A stretch of 61,503 nucleotides of DNA, filler included, from an uncultured bacterium (lineage in GTDB: Bacteria > CAYSBA01), in the NCBI GenBank assembly GCA_964429075.1. It is 10 parts of 10 records of this genome, joined end to end, with 100 filler letters (N's around TTAATTAATTAA, not from the genome) between each part and the next. Parts side by side here need not be neighbours in the genome. Positions count along the whole stretch, not along the records: positions 43,480 to 49,471 come from CAYSBA010000096.1; positions 49,572 to 55,494 come from CAYSBA010000097.1; 8 more parts are not named here. One strand, 5' to 3'. Every line of letters begins with the position of its first letter. Position 1 is the first letter of the stretch. The notes below the pieces were generated by a model. The model was not told the origin of the DNA and made no database searches. It saw only the letters and a program-made list of their open reading frames with translations. Below are positions 47,174-55,594 of the stretch, in pieces. The position numbers and the translations under genes were made by a program.

Positions 47174-47571
47174 CTTAATCTATCAATAGCCTTATTGAGT
47201 TCTTCAGGCTCAATGGGTTTACGTATAAAATAATCTGCTCCAAGATTAAGTGCCTCAACTGCAAAATCAAACTCCCTGTATGCACTCATAACAATCACCT
47301 TAACATCAGGATATCTCTCTTTAATCCATTTTAAAAGCTCAAGTCCTTCTTTGTTTTCGGGATCATCCTCTTTAAGACGTATGTCTATTATTGCAAGATC
47401 AACCTTTGTTTCAGAGAGTATTTTCTCTGCTTCTTTAAGATTAAGGGATTTGAAAACATTAAACCTGTCTTCAAGATATACCTCAAGTGTATCAAGATAC
47501 TCAGGTATGTCGTCAACGATTAATACTTTTAGAGTATTGGTTTGTTGGAGTGTTGGGGTTCTGTTTTTCAT
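47170..47571 (-). CDS. Single-domain response regulator (receiver)
   Basis: VLIVDD, DLAIIDIRL (phospho-Asp), VIVMSAY, GADYFIRKP. Confidence 0.9.
   Translation of the reverse strand: MKNRTPTLQQTNTLKVLIVDDIPEYLDTLEVYLEDRFNVFKSLNLKEAEKILSETKVDLAIIDIRLKEDDPENKEGLELLKWIKERYPDVKVIVMSAYREFDFAVEALNLGADYFIRKPIEPEELNKAIDRLR
47530..47559. repeat. Left arm: degenerate octamer array (TAGAGTAT TGGTTTGT TGGAGTGT TGGGGT) inside the receiver gene 5' end
   Basis: 8-bp periodicity; reverse complement ACCCCAACACTCCA matches 48992-49005 at 13 of 14 bases. Confidence 0.6.
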
Positions 47572-47580
47572 GTGATTATT

Positions 47581-48846
47581 TTAGCACAAATATCCTTCAC
47601 TGTTCAGAAGAAACCTCCAGAGTGGAACAACTCTTATCTCTGTAAAGTCTGTCAGGATCTCTGCTTCTACATTTTTAGATATAACCAGTGCCCTTTTTGT
47701 TTGCGGGTGTCGCTTCAGAAAAAGCCTCAATCCTGAGAATCTCCTGTCCTTCCATTCAAAAGAGGATAGATATTTGACCTCTATTGGAAAGGGGTTCTTT
47801 GGACTACCTGTAACAAAATCAACCTCCTTTTCACTTTCAGCAAAATACCCGCAGGCGATCCTTTTCTTCTTTAGTTCCATGAAGATGGCATTTTCAGCCT
47901 TATATCCCATGTCTCCTATGCCTGTAAGAAGGGTCTTTATACCTGTGTCCCATAGATAGACCTTCTTGGAGGCATAGATCCTCTCTGTATACGATGTCGT
48001 CCACTTTTCCATAAGGGCAACAAGGAAAGCAGATTCAAGATAACTTATATACTCCTTCACTGTGTCCACTGATAAGCCAAGGATCTTACCGAGTTTATTA
48101 AAACTTATACGGGAACCAACTGATGATGCTATGAGACGCAGGAGATCCTTAAGGACAAAGGGCTTTTTTAATGGGTAGAGCCTGATAAGGTCTCTTGCCA
48201 GTATGTCCTCAAGGAGGTTGCTCATATACTCAGAAGAGGGATTAAGGACATTTTCAGGATATCCACCTATTTCAAGATACTCCTCTATGAGCCCTTCATA
48301 TCTGTAGTCTTCTGCCAGGCTCGGTCTCTCACCCCTGAAAGAGAGGAACTCTGAAAAACCGAGTGGATAAAGGGTGCTAACTATCTGCCTTCCTGTAAGC
48401 CTTCCCCTCTGCCTTGCTACGAGTGAGGAGGTAGAGCCTGTGACAAATATTTTCAGGTCTTCTGTATCGTAGAGGGATTTGAGTTCCATCTCCCAATCAG
48501 AGCTTTCCTGAACCTCATCAAGGAATAAAAAGAGCCTTATTTTACGCTCATGCATGAATAGCCTTCTCATATTCTTCAGATGCTCTGATATTGCCACACC
48601 GGAAAGGGCAGGGTGGTCAAGGGCAAGATAAAATATCCTATCTGACGACGTGCCATTCTTAAGAAGTGCCTTTATGAACTGTTTAAGAAGCGTGGTCTTT
48701 CCCGTTCGCCTGCTTCCAATTATGACCTCTATCTGTTTTCTCTTAAGGAACTCAGGTAGCCTGCCGACATATTCCGTCCGCTCTATGCCAGATTCAAAGT
48801 CCTTTCCTTCCCACCAGGGGTTGAGAGTATAATATATTGCTTCCAT
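47581..48846 (-). CDS. AAA_14/DUF4143 family ATPase with C-terminal PD-(D/E)xK-like motif
   Basis: NPWW, G.RRTGKTT, LDEVQ, VTGS, LTGR, GGYPE, K.Y..DTG, EN, EVDF...IEVK. Confidence 0.9.
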   Translation of the reverse strand: MEAIYYTLNPWWEGKDFESGIERTEYVGRLPEFLKRKQIEVIIGSRRTGKTTLLKQFIKALLKNGTSSDRIFYLALDHPALSGVAISEHLKNMRRLFMHERKIRLFLFLDEVQESSDWEMELKSLYDTEDLKIFVTGSTSSLVARQRGRLTGRQIVSTLYPLGFSEFLSFRGERPSLAEDYRYEGLIEEYLEIGGYPENVLNPSSEYMSNLLEDILARDLIRLYPLKKPFVLKDLLRLIASSVGSRISFNKLGKILGLSVDTVKEYISYLESAFLVALMEKWTTSYTERIYASKKVYLWDTGIKTLLTGIGDMGYKAENAIFMELKKKRIACGYFAESEKEVDFVTGSPKNPFPIEVKYLSSFEWKDRRFSGLRLFLKRHPQTKRALVISKNVEAEILTDFTEIRVVPLWRFLLNSEGYLC

Positions 48847-48886
48847 ATTAAAATTGTAACATGAATCGAAATAATTATCAAAAACT

Positions 48887-48902
48887 TTCGATTATAATCG
48901 AA
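48887..48902. promoter_or_regulatory. Perfect 16-bp palindrome TTCGATTATAATCGAA, candidate operator of the ATPase gene
   Basis: Self-complementary; 40 bp upstream of the ATPase start; extra half-site AATCGAA at 48864-48870; contains TATAAT on both strands. Confidence 0.55.
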
Positions 48903-48973
48903 GATTTGGTAACTTACAGATTATGTTCATATTAAGCACATTTATGTAACAATTAGGAGTATTGCACTACCAC

Positions 48974-49005
48974 ATCCTCCACTACTCCATCACCCCAACA
49001 CTTCA
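48974..49005. repeat. Right arm: degenerate octamer array (ATCCTCCA CTACTCCA TCACCCCA ACACTTCA)
   Basis: Four 8-bp units with consensus nnACTCCA, inverted relative to 47530-47559. Confidence 0.65.
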
Positions 49006-49023
49006 GTCTTTTAATCCTTATTA

Positions 49024-49050
49024 ATTCGTGCCCATTCGTGTAGATTCGTG
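49024..49050 (+). repeat. Three ATTCGTG heptamers at exact 10-bp period
   Basis: ATTCGTG at 49024, 49034 and 49044. Confidence 0.8.
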
Positions 49051-49071
49051 GCTAACCCCACCCCTCCCATA

Positions 49072-49080
49072 TGTTATAAT
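49072..49080 (+). promoter_or_regulatory. Extended -10 promoter (TGnTATAAT) for hicB-hicA
   Basis: TGTTATAAT about 48 bp before the hicB ATG; AGGAGG RBS at 49117-49122. Confidence 0.6.
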
Positions 49081-49127
49081 GAAATTAGTTACTCGGGTCT
49101 GAGCAAGAATACTGGTAGGAGGTTGTT

Positions 49128-49328
49128 ATGAGATATAAAGTTAACCTTAAAAAGACAGAAGAAGGATATTCTGTATGGATGCCTGGTTTACCGGGTTGCT
49201 GGTCGCAGGGAGCAACAGAAGAAGAAGCACTTGAAAACATCAAAGATGCCATACAGGCATATCTAAAAACAGTAGAAGAATTAGCAAAGGATGAGGAATC
49301 TCGCTATGTAGAGATAGCCAATGCCTAA
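49128..49328 (+). CDS. hicB: HicB-family antitoxin, short form with no DNA-binding domain
   Basis: Y.V.L...EEGYSV..PGLPGC.SQG.TEEEALENIKDAI..YL. Confidence 0.92.
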   Translation: MRYKVNLKKTEEGYSVWMPGLPGCWSQGATEEEALENIKDAIQAYLKTVEELAKDEESRYVEIANA

Positions 49329-49471
49329 GTTGCCCGGCATAAATCACCAGAGGGCAGTAAAGGCATTGTAAAAAGCCGGGTTCTGGATTGTTCGAGAAGG
49401 TAAGCATATCACCATGACCAATGGAGAGCGTATCATAACCATTCCAAGAGCAAATCCCATTAATGCTTTTA
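49321..49471 (+). pseudogene. hicA: HicA-family toxin with in-frame TAA at 49369-49371; also cut by the contig end
   Basis: Translates MPKLPGINHQRAVKAL*KAGFWIVREGKHITMTNGERIITIPRANPINAF; start overlaps the hicB end. Confidence 0.85.
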
Positions 49472-49571
49472 NNNNNNNNNNNNNNNNNNNNNNNNNNNNN
49501 NNNNNNNNNNNNNNNTTAATTAATTAANNNNNNNNNNNNNNNNNNNNNNNNNNNNNNNNNNNNNNNNNNNN

Positions 49572-50221
49572 CCATCACCAACTATCTGAAATTCTATATG
49601 CCTTGGATTTTTGATAAATCTTTCGAGATATAGCTCTGGATTTCCAAAGGCCTCCTGAGCCTCTCTGTACGCAGTGTAAAAGTATTTTACAAGCTCTTTT
49701 TCATTGTTTGCAACCTTCATCCCTCTTCCACCACCCCCAAAGGCAGCCTTGATCATAACAGGATAACCTATCTCTTTTGCGACTCTCAATGCCTCATCTA
49801 TGTTTTTGATGGAACCATCACTTCCGGGGACAACCGGTACTCCCAAACTCTTTAGCTTCTCTTTGGCCTTTACCTTGTTTCCCATCAGGCTGATGTGTTC
49901 AGGGCGAGGTCCTATAAAGTTGAGGCCACAACGTTCACAAATAAGAGAGAATTCTTGATTTTCTGCTAAAAAACCGTATCCAGGATGGATTGCATCTGCT
50001 TTTGCTACCTCTGCAGCGCTTATAATTGCCGGAATATTTAGATAGCTCTTTGCCGCCTCAGCAGGCCCAATACAGTACGCCTCATCAGCTATCTGTGTGT
50101 GCAATGCACCTTTGTCTGTTTCGGAGAATATAGCGACACTCTTTATTCCGAGCTCTTTCAGAGTTCTTATAATCCTGACAGCGATTTCGCCTCTATTGGC
50201 AACAAGGACTTTTTTAAACAT
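49572..50221 (-). CDS. accC: Acetyl-CoA carboxylase biotin carboxylase, 3'-truncated
   Basis: VLVANRGEIAVR, AIHPGYGFLAEN, KAA.GGGGRGM, PRHIEFQ. Confidence 0.96.
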
Positions 50222-50223
50222 GT

Positions 50224-50676
50224 TTAATCGAGTTCGATTACAAATAAGACATCACCATACTGAACAGGACATCCATTTTTAACGAGTATCTCTTTTATTG
50301 TCCCTTCATACTCTGACTCTATCTCATTCATCAGTTTCATGGCTTCAATTATACAGAGAACCTGTCCTTTTTTAACCCTATCACCCACATTAACAAAAGG
50401 TGGAGATTCTGGAGAGGGTGCCCTGTAGAATGTACCCACCATGGGTGATACAACCCTTACAAGTTTTTGTGAGTCCTGCGATTGATTGGTCTGTGGTTCT
50501 TCTTTATCATCCTTTTTAATATCAATGGAGGGTGTCTCAACAACCCTGTGTGGCATACCTTCTGTGAAGGACATACTCTTTATTTTTATTTTTTTGCCCT
50601 CTTCTTCGATCTCAAGCTCATGTATGCCACTCTCTTTAACAAGTTTTATCAATTTTTTTATGAGTTTTATATCCAT
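50224..50676 (-). CDS. accB: Biotin carboxyl carrier protein
   Basis: [25 protein letters not shown]. Confidence 0.96.
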   Translation of the reverse strand: MDIKLIKKLIKLVKESGIHELEIEEEGKKIKIKSMSFTEGMPHRVVETPSIDIKKDDKEEPQTNQSQDSQKLVRVVSPMVGTFYRAPSPESPPFVNVGDRVKKGQVLCIIEAMKLMNEIESEYEGTIKEILVKNGCPVQYGDVLFVIELD

Positions 50677-50684
50677 AATAACAC

Positions 50685-51242
50685 CTATACCCTCTCAATA
50701 TATTCGCCGCTTCGTGTGTCTACCTTTATTATGTCACCTTCGTTAATAAATAGAGGCACCTGTACCTTAAGACCCGTCTCTGTTATTGCAGGTTTACTGC
50801 CTCCAGAAACTGTATCACCTTTTATCCCAGGATCTGTCTCTGTAACCTTTAATTCTACAAAGTTTGGTAATTCTACAGAGATAGGCCTTTCTTTATAAAA
50901 GAGGATGTCAACCTCTATGTTTTCTTTTAGATAAAATCTTGTATCACCCAGGATATTTTCTTCTATAAAGAATTGGTCGTATGTCTCTGTATCCATAAAA
51001 TAGTAGCTTGTACCGTCTTTATAAAGGTATTGGGCATGCTTTTCTTCAAGGTCTGGTTTTCCCACCTTGTCACCTGAACGGAATACCTCATCTATTACAT
51101 TACCGGTTATGAGATTTTTTAGCCGCGTCTTCACAAAGGCAACACCTTTGCCAGGTTTGACATGTTGAAAATCCACAATAATGTATGGCTCCCCTTTGTA
51201 CTCAATCTTTAGACCCTTTCTGAAGTCTGTTGTATCGTACAT
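50685..51242 (-). CDS. efp: Elongation factor P (Lys-type loop)
   Basis: HVKPGKG.AFV.T, PG.KGDT, KPA..ETG...VPLFI..GD.I.VDTR.G.Y..R. Confidence 0.97.
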   Translation of the reverse strand: MYDTTDFRKGLKIEYKGEPYIIVDFQHVKPGKGVAFVKTRLKNLITGNVIDEVFRSGDKVGKPDLEEKHAQYLYKDGTSYYFMDTETYDQFFIEENILGDTRFYLKENIEVDILFYKERPISVELPNFVELKVTETDPGIKGDTVSGGSKPAITETGLKVQVPLFINEGDIIKVDTRSGEYIERV

Positions 51243-51251
51243 ATAACTCTC

Positions 51252-51809
51252 CTAAAAAATTGAGATAAAGTTATTTATATCTGGCATATAATAGTTTATA
51301 TAAAAACGCGCCTTGGTCTCTACTGCATCAGGCCCAAGTATCATAAATACGATAAAACCTTCATCTGAGATATTCAATATGATCTTAAAGCTTTTGCTCT
51401 GTAGTGAGAGTTCTTTTACCTTTACAAGTTCTCCAAGGGCACGATCACTCTTTAATTTTTTTACAAGATGGGCAGCTTCGGTAAATATAACCTCAAGTTC
51501 ATGTTGGGTTGTAGAGCTTTTTTCGTGTTTGACAACCTCGACGGGTATACCTTCCATATCCATAACACCAAAGGCCACACACTCCTCAACCTTTCCTAAG
51601 CCCTCTTTAAGGATCTCTTTTATATTTTTCTTCATGAATCCTCCAGATTCGCTCAATCTTTGTATAGTGTCAATTAAAAAAATTTTAAAGCCAATAGAGT
51701 CTTTTGTTGTACCTTTTGAAATAAGCTTTTTATAGATCTCTTTAGCCTCAATGAAATATCCCTGTTTAAAATAGAGGTCTCCGAGTATTTCACTAACAGG
51801 CTGCTCCAT
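51252..51809 (-). CDS. Roadblock/LC7 (MglC/MglB-like) protein with N-terminal TPR-like extension; internal start at 51635
   Basis: LGDLY.KQG...EA.EIY..L TPR-like helix pair; then L...V....A.GVMD.EGIPV and KARF roadblock pattern; directly upstream of efp-accB-accC. Confidence 0.7.
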   Translation of the reverse strand: MEQPVSEILGDLYFKQGYFIEAKEIYKKLISKGTTKDSIGFKIFLIDTIQRLSESGGFMKKNIKEILKEGLGKVEECVAFGVMDMEGIPVEVVKHEKSSTTQHELEVIFTEAAHLVKKLKSDRALGELVKVKELSLQSKSFKIILNISDEGFIVFMILGPDAVETKARFYINYYMPDINNFISIF

Positions 51810-51886
51810 GTACCAAACTCCCTTTTTGTTCGTTTAAAACCAGAAAGGGATTTTTTTGTCAACACATTGTATCGATTGCACAGATT

Positions 51887-53485
51887 CTATCTTAGGAGCT
51901 TTTCTTTGAGTCTCTTTGCAGCAAGTCTGCCCAATTTTTCAAGTGCATCGAGACCTGCAGCCTCATCACCATCGGGTGATAGACCGACTGTAGAAATATG
52001 AAAAGAAAGAAACTCCTCATTTGTTTCATTATCAACAAGAACAAGGGTTACATCAGCCCGGCACCTTTTTGATTGATAGAAGGGCTTGCAATCTCCTGTC
52101 TCTGCCAGACCCTTTGCGATAAAGTTTGCTTCATCTTTACTGGAAGTAAATGTTACATCAGCTATCTTTGACAGTACGGATTTAAAGGATTCGGCGAATA
52201 TTGATTGATTTAGTGGTCTATCAAGATTTTTTTCAACTATCCTGATAAATATCTTTGTGCTGGGAATCGCGATATTTATGAGTGCAGCATTTTGATCGAT
52301 GATGTTTGAGAATCTTGTATAAAGTGCATTACCATACCCTGGTGGAGAGATAGATTTGATGTCCAGACCAACCTTCAGAATAACCTTACCGCTTCCAAAT
52401 AATTTATCTAATTTTAATGAACCGTATCCTTTGTTGTTAATAACTGTTTGTTTAATTACTCTACCGGCACCTTTAACAAAGGTCTCCCTTAGAACAAGAC
52501 CTTCTGGATCTCCTTCTTTACACCGTGCAATGATATTGATATCTTCTTTAGTCCCACCCTTTAGCATACCATTATATTGAGACCGATCTGCCTCAAATTT
52601 ACAGGCTGTTATAAGTTCTTCAATCATTCTTACAATATCATCATTAATCCTGTGAGTCCCTGAAAATCCTTCTACAACCCCCTCTATATCCATCCCAAAA
52701 TAATCAAGCATTGCGCTATATGCCTTTGTAAGTTCACGCAGTGCTATGTTCAATTTACCCCTTTTTCTGGCAAGGATGGCCTTATTAAAGGCAGTGAGGG
52801 CCCTATCTCTTGCATCATGCAGCTTTTCTCTGATACGCTTTTTGACCTTTTCGATATTGTAGCCCATAAGGATGTAGTAGTTATTTCCCTCTCTATACCT
52901 GTCGAGTATTTCAATCTCTTTGAGTCGCCTTGTGACAAAGCTTTCTATTGCCTCTTTTGTAGACTGTGAAAAGTAGCTGGTCTTTTGCTCATTTTTTTCT
53001 ATGGTTGATTCCTCAATCATAGTCTTTAAGACCCCATTTACTGTGACCTCAAGCTGTTGTGCGATTTCCTTTAAGGCAGAATTCTTGGCCTGCTCCCATC
53101 CATCTTTTTCAGATGTATATACCTCTGCCATGCCAACACCAAGGATATAGCCACTTTTTCTGGGCTGTGATTCCACCCAGTCGGGTCTCTTTTTGTGAAC
53201 ATCAGTCTCTATCTTTTCTGCTGTTAAAGATTCTTCTTCCTCTTTGTTTATCTGTTCTAAGGCCTCTTCCTCCTTTAAGTTATTATTTTTGACCTCTTTA
53301 TTTTCTATTAAACTGCCACCTTTTTCTATCTGGTTCAGATCGTTAAATTCTCTGTTTGACCTTTTTCTTATAGCCTCAATCTGACTCTTTGAAAGCCCTC
53401 TCTTTGCATTATGTTGTGTTGCGCACGCAATTGTTATTGTTGTTAAAAAAATCGTAGTAATTTTTAAATATTTACCTATTTTCAT
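51887..53485 (-). CDS. LPP20-family lipoprotein
   Basis: Lipobox TIAC; RPDWV....GY..GVG......A...AL.EIA.Q..V.V motif. Confidence 0.72.
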   Translation of the reverse strand: MKIGKYLKITTIFLTTITIACATQHNAKRGLSKSQIEAIRKRSNREFNDLNQIEKGGSLIENKEVKNNNLKEEEALEQINKEEEESLTAEKIETDVHKKRPDWVESQPRKSGYILGVGMAEVYTSEKDGWEQAKNSALKEIAQQLEVTVNGVLKTMIEESTIEKNEQKTSYFSQSTKEAIESFVTRRLKEIEILDRYREGNNYYILMGYNIEKVKKRIREKLHDARDRALTAFNKAILARKRGKLNIALRELTKAYSAMLDYFGMDIEGVVEGFSGTHRINDDIVRMIEELITACKFEADRSQYNGMLKGGTKEDINIIARCKEGDPEGLVLRETFVKGAGRVIKQTVINNKGYGSLKLDKLFGSGKVILKVGLDIKSISPPGYGNALYTRFSNIIDQNAALINIAIPSTKIFIRIVEKNLDRPLNQSIFAESFKSVLSKIADVTFTSSKDEANFIAKGLAETGDCKPFYQSKRCRADVTLVLVDNETNEEFLSFHISTVGLSPDGDEAAGLDALEKLGRLAAKRLKEKLLR

Positions 53486-53499
53486 AACTTGCCTCATTA

Positions 53500-53528
53500 T
53501 TGACAATAGAAGAGGTTATTGTTATCTG
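53500..53528 (+). promoter_or_regulatory. Possible sigma70 promoter for the tRNA
   Basis: TTGACA, 17-bp spacer, TG-n-TATCTG, 10 bp before the tRNA; the -10 is imperfect. Confidence 0.35.
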
Positions 53529-53538
53529 TAAAAGCTGT

Positions 53539-53615
53539 CGGGAAGTAGCTCAGCCTGGTAGAGCACTGCGTTCGGGACGCAGGGGCCGCTGGTTCGAATC
53601 CAGTCTTCCCGACCA
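53539..53615 (+). tRNA. tRNA-Pro (anticodon CGG)
   Basis: CGGGAAG/CTTCCCG acceptor stem, D arm AGCTCAGCCTGGTAGAGC, anticodon arm CTGCG-TTCGGGA-CGCAG, GGTTCGAATCC, encoded CCA. Confidence 0.97.
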
Positions 53616-53645
53616 CTCTCTTCCTCCATATATTTCTCATAAGAT

Positions 53646-55109
53646 CTAATGTGAAAATCCTGTTATTTCAAAAGTAACTGACCTTCTATCGTAATTGTAT
53701 CCACCCATACTTACAGATGGTGTATAGTTAAATTCAGCGCTGAGTGTCACGGTCTGCTGTCTGTCATCATCAGGACTCATATCAATCAATCTGCCTTCCC
53801 ATTTCCTACCTTCATAGTTTAAAAAGCCGGGATCGGTTTTGTCAATAGCACCATCACCTGTGTAGGGATTGGACATAAAGTGAATGCCAGTAATCTTTGA
53901 TCTTGTAATACTGCCGACACCAATGCCATTAACATTACCTGTGACAGATATATTTATGCGATCGGATTGTTTGTCGTTGACAGGGATTACGTTTAGGTTT
54001 TTGTCAAAAACATATAGAACAAAAGACTGTTCACCACCGTTAGGGATATCTATGTTTTCTGACTCATTGCCTCCTGATATCATTCTGAGCCTGCTCCCCT
54101 TAACAGGGTCCTGGTAGGGATCAAAGGATATGACGAGTTTTATACTCTTGTAAAGCATCACATCTCCATCCCATTGCCCGTTTGCAGTTCCATCGTACTG
54201 GCCATTCTGATTGGAGTCATAAAACTTCTCCCTGCAGTTTTCCTGAGTGATTTCTGTATATATTCCATCATCGTTGACATCAACGAAGGGCTCTCTTGAA
54301 TCTGCTTCTGGTACATATTCCCCCATACTATCAAATTGTCCATTACCATTAATATCGTTAAATCCCTCTTCACCACGATAGATAGCGATAATATTTACAA
54401 CACCATCGAGTGGATTGTGCACCTTCTGACCAATTGTGATTGCCATTTCTGGAAATGCGGGGTTTACATCACAAATCTGAGTCAACTCTTCCTTCTTTAA
54501 TATATAAAGATAATCATCAGCAATGCCATCTCTGTTGAGATCCTCATCTATCTTTTCAATACTGCCGGCTTCTGTCATAAAAAAGACCTCAACACCTTCG
54601 ATTATATTTCCACCGATGTCTTTTGGTACAAAGTAGCAGGGTACTGTTACAACATCCATATCTTCTGCCATATTTATATTCTGACTTTCACAGTAGAAGC
54701 TCGTTTTTGCAGCGTTGGGTAGTCTTCGTTGAATAAATTCTACAGTAGTGTAGGAATAGTACTGTACGTTTGTACGGGGATCCACATAGGTGACCTCAAT
54801 CTTTGCAGTGCCGGGTTCTGTGCCAGAATACAAAACAACACTGCCAGCTCCATCAATCAGATCTATTGTGATATCTTTTTTATCGGATTTTATATCAAAA
54901 CTACCAAGATTGGTCTTTAGTGACATTTTCTGATCCGGCAGGGAATGTACTTTGCCATTTTCTTCTAGTACCCTTAGGTTTATTGTAACGTAACTTTTCC
55001 CATCAGCCGGTACAGATGATGGATCAACTGTAATTTCAAGAAACAATTTTGGTGCACATGAGAGTAAAAGTGAGAATACAAAAATGGATATAAATTTAAC
55101 TAACTTCAT
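53646..55109 (-). CDS. Lipoprotein with invasin/Big_1-like Ig domain and DxNxxG calcium-binding-like loops
   Basis: Lipobox LLSC; P.SVPADG.S...I; GEEGFNDINGNGQFD, EPFVDVNDDG, DSNQNGQYDG; GAGGTGG RBS. Confidence 0.7.
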   Translation of the reverse strand: MKLVKFISIFVFSLLLSCAPKLFLEITVDPSSVPADGKSYVTINLRVLEENGKVHSLPDQKMSLKTNLGSFDIKSDKKDITIDLIDGAGSVVLYSGTEPGTAKIEVTYVDPRTNVQYYSYTTVEFIQRRLPNAAKTSFYCESQNINMAEDMDVVTVPCYFVPKDIGGNIIEGVEVFFMTEAGSIEKIDEDLNRDGIADDYLYILKKEELTQICDVNPAFPEMAITIGQKVHNPLDGVVNIIAIYRGEEGFNDINGNGQFDSMGEYVPEADSREPFVDVNDDGIYTEITQENCREKFYDSNQNGQYDGTANGQWDGDVMLYKSIKLVISFDPYQDPVKGSRLRMISGGNESENIDIPNGGEQSFVLYVFDKNLNVIPVNDKQSDRINISVTGNVNGIGVGSITRSKITGIHFMSNPYTGDGAIDKTDPGFLNYEGRKWEGRLIDMSPDDDRQQTVTLSAEFNYTPSVSMGGYNYDRRSVTFEITGFSH

Positions 55110-55120
55110 TGTACCACCTC

Positions 55121-55492
55121 TTAATCAACAGGTTCTCCATATACAATCACTTCACGTACTGAAACAAGACCACTGTTTATTCCTGTTACCTCAAGCTTTA
55201 TCTCCGAACCAACTATCGGTTCAGATAGTGTTATTGCATTAAAGTAATAGGGGAACTGCATATTTGACATATCTCGTGTTGATACAGTCTGAAAGTTATT
55301 GCCATCTCCAACAGAGACAACAACAGTTGAAGTCTTTGGTGATCTCAATTGGGCTCCATATATTACTATACCTGAGATTGCATAGTTCCCATCAAGTTGA
55401 ACAACAAAGCCCCTTTTACCATTTTCAGTTGATGTCGAAAAATCTGCACCTCTATCTATTCTCTGATCCGTTACATTGAGTAATTCAAATCC
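55121..55492 (-). CDS. C-terminal fragment of a secreted protein (discoidin/F5-8-like pattern), 5'-truncated
   Basis: Frame is open to the contig edge; ends VSVREVIVYG. Confidence 0.5.
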   Translation of the reverse strand, partial: GFELLNVTDQRIDRGADFSTSTENGKRGFVVQLDGNYAISGIVIYGAQLRSPKTSTVVVSVGDGNNFQTVSTRDMSNMQFPYYFNAITLSEPIVGSEIKLEVTGINSGLVSVREVIVYGEPVD

Positions 55493-55594
55493 ATNNNNNN
55501 NNNNNNNNNNNNNNNNNNNNNNNNNNNNNNNNNNNNNNTTAATTAATTAANNNNNNNNNNNNNNNNNNNNNNNNNNNNNNNNNNNNNNNNNNNN

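Noticed and set aside
48847-49127. CRISPR or mini-array interpretation of the intergenic repeats
   Set aside because: Units are 8-10 bp with no spacers and no cas genes; reported instead as short-period arrays
49369-49371. Stop-codon recoding or an alternative genetic code in hicA
   Set aside because: TAA is a normal terminator for many genes here; Sec and Pyl use TGA and TAG
53539-53645. tRNA-Pro as an integration site, or a functional link with nearby efp
   Set aside because: No integrase or duplicated tRNA 3' end seen; proximity to efp has no further support
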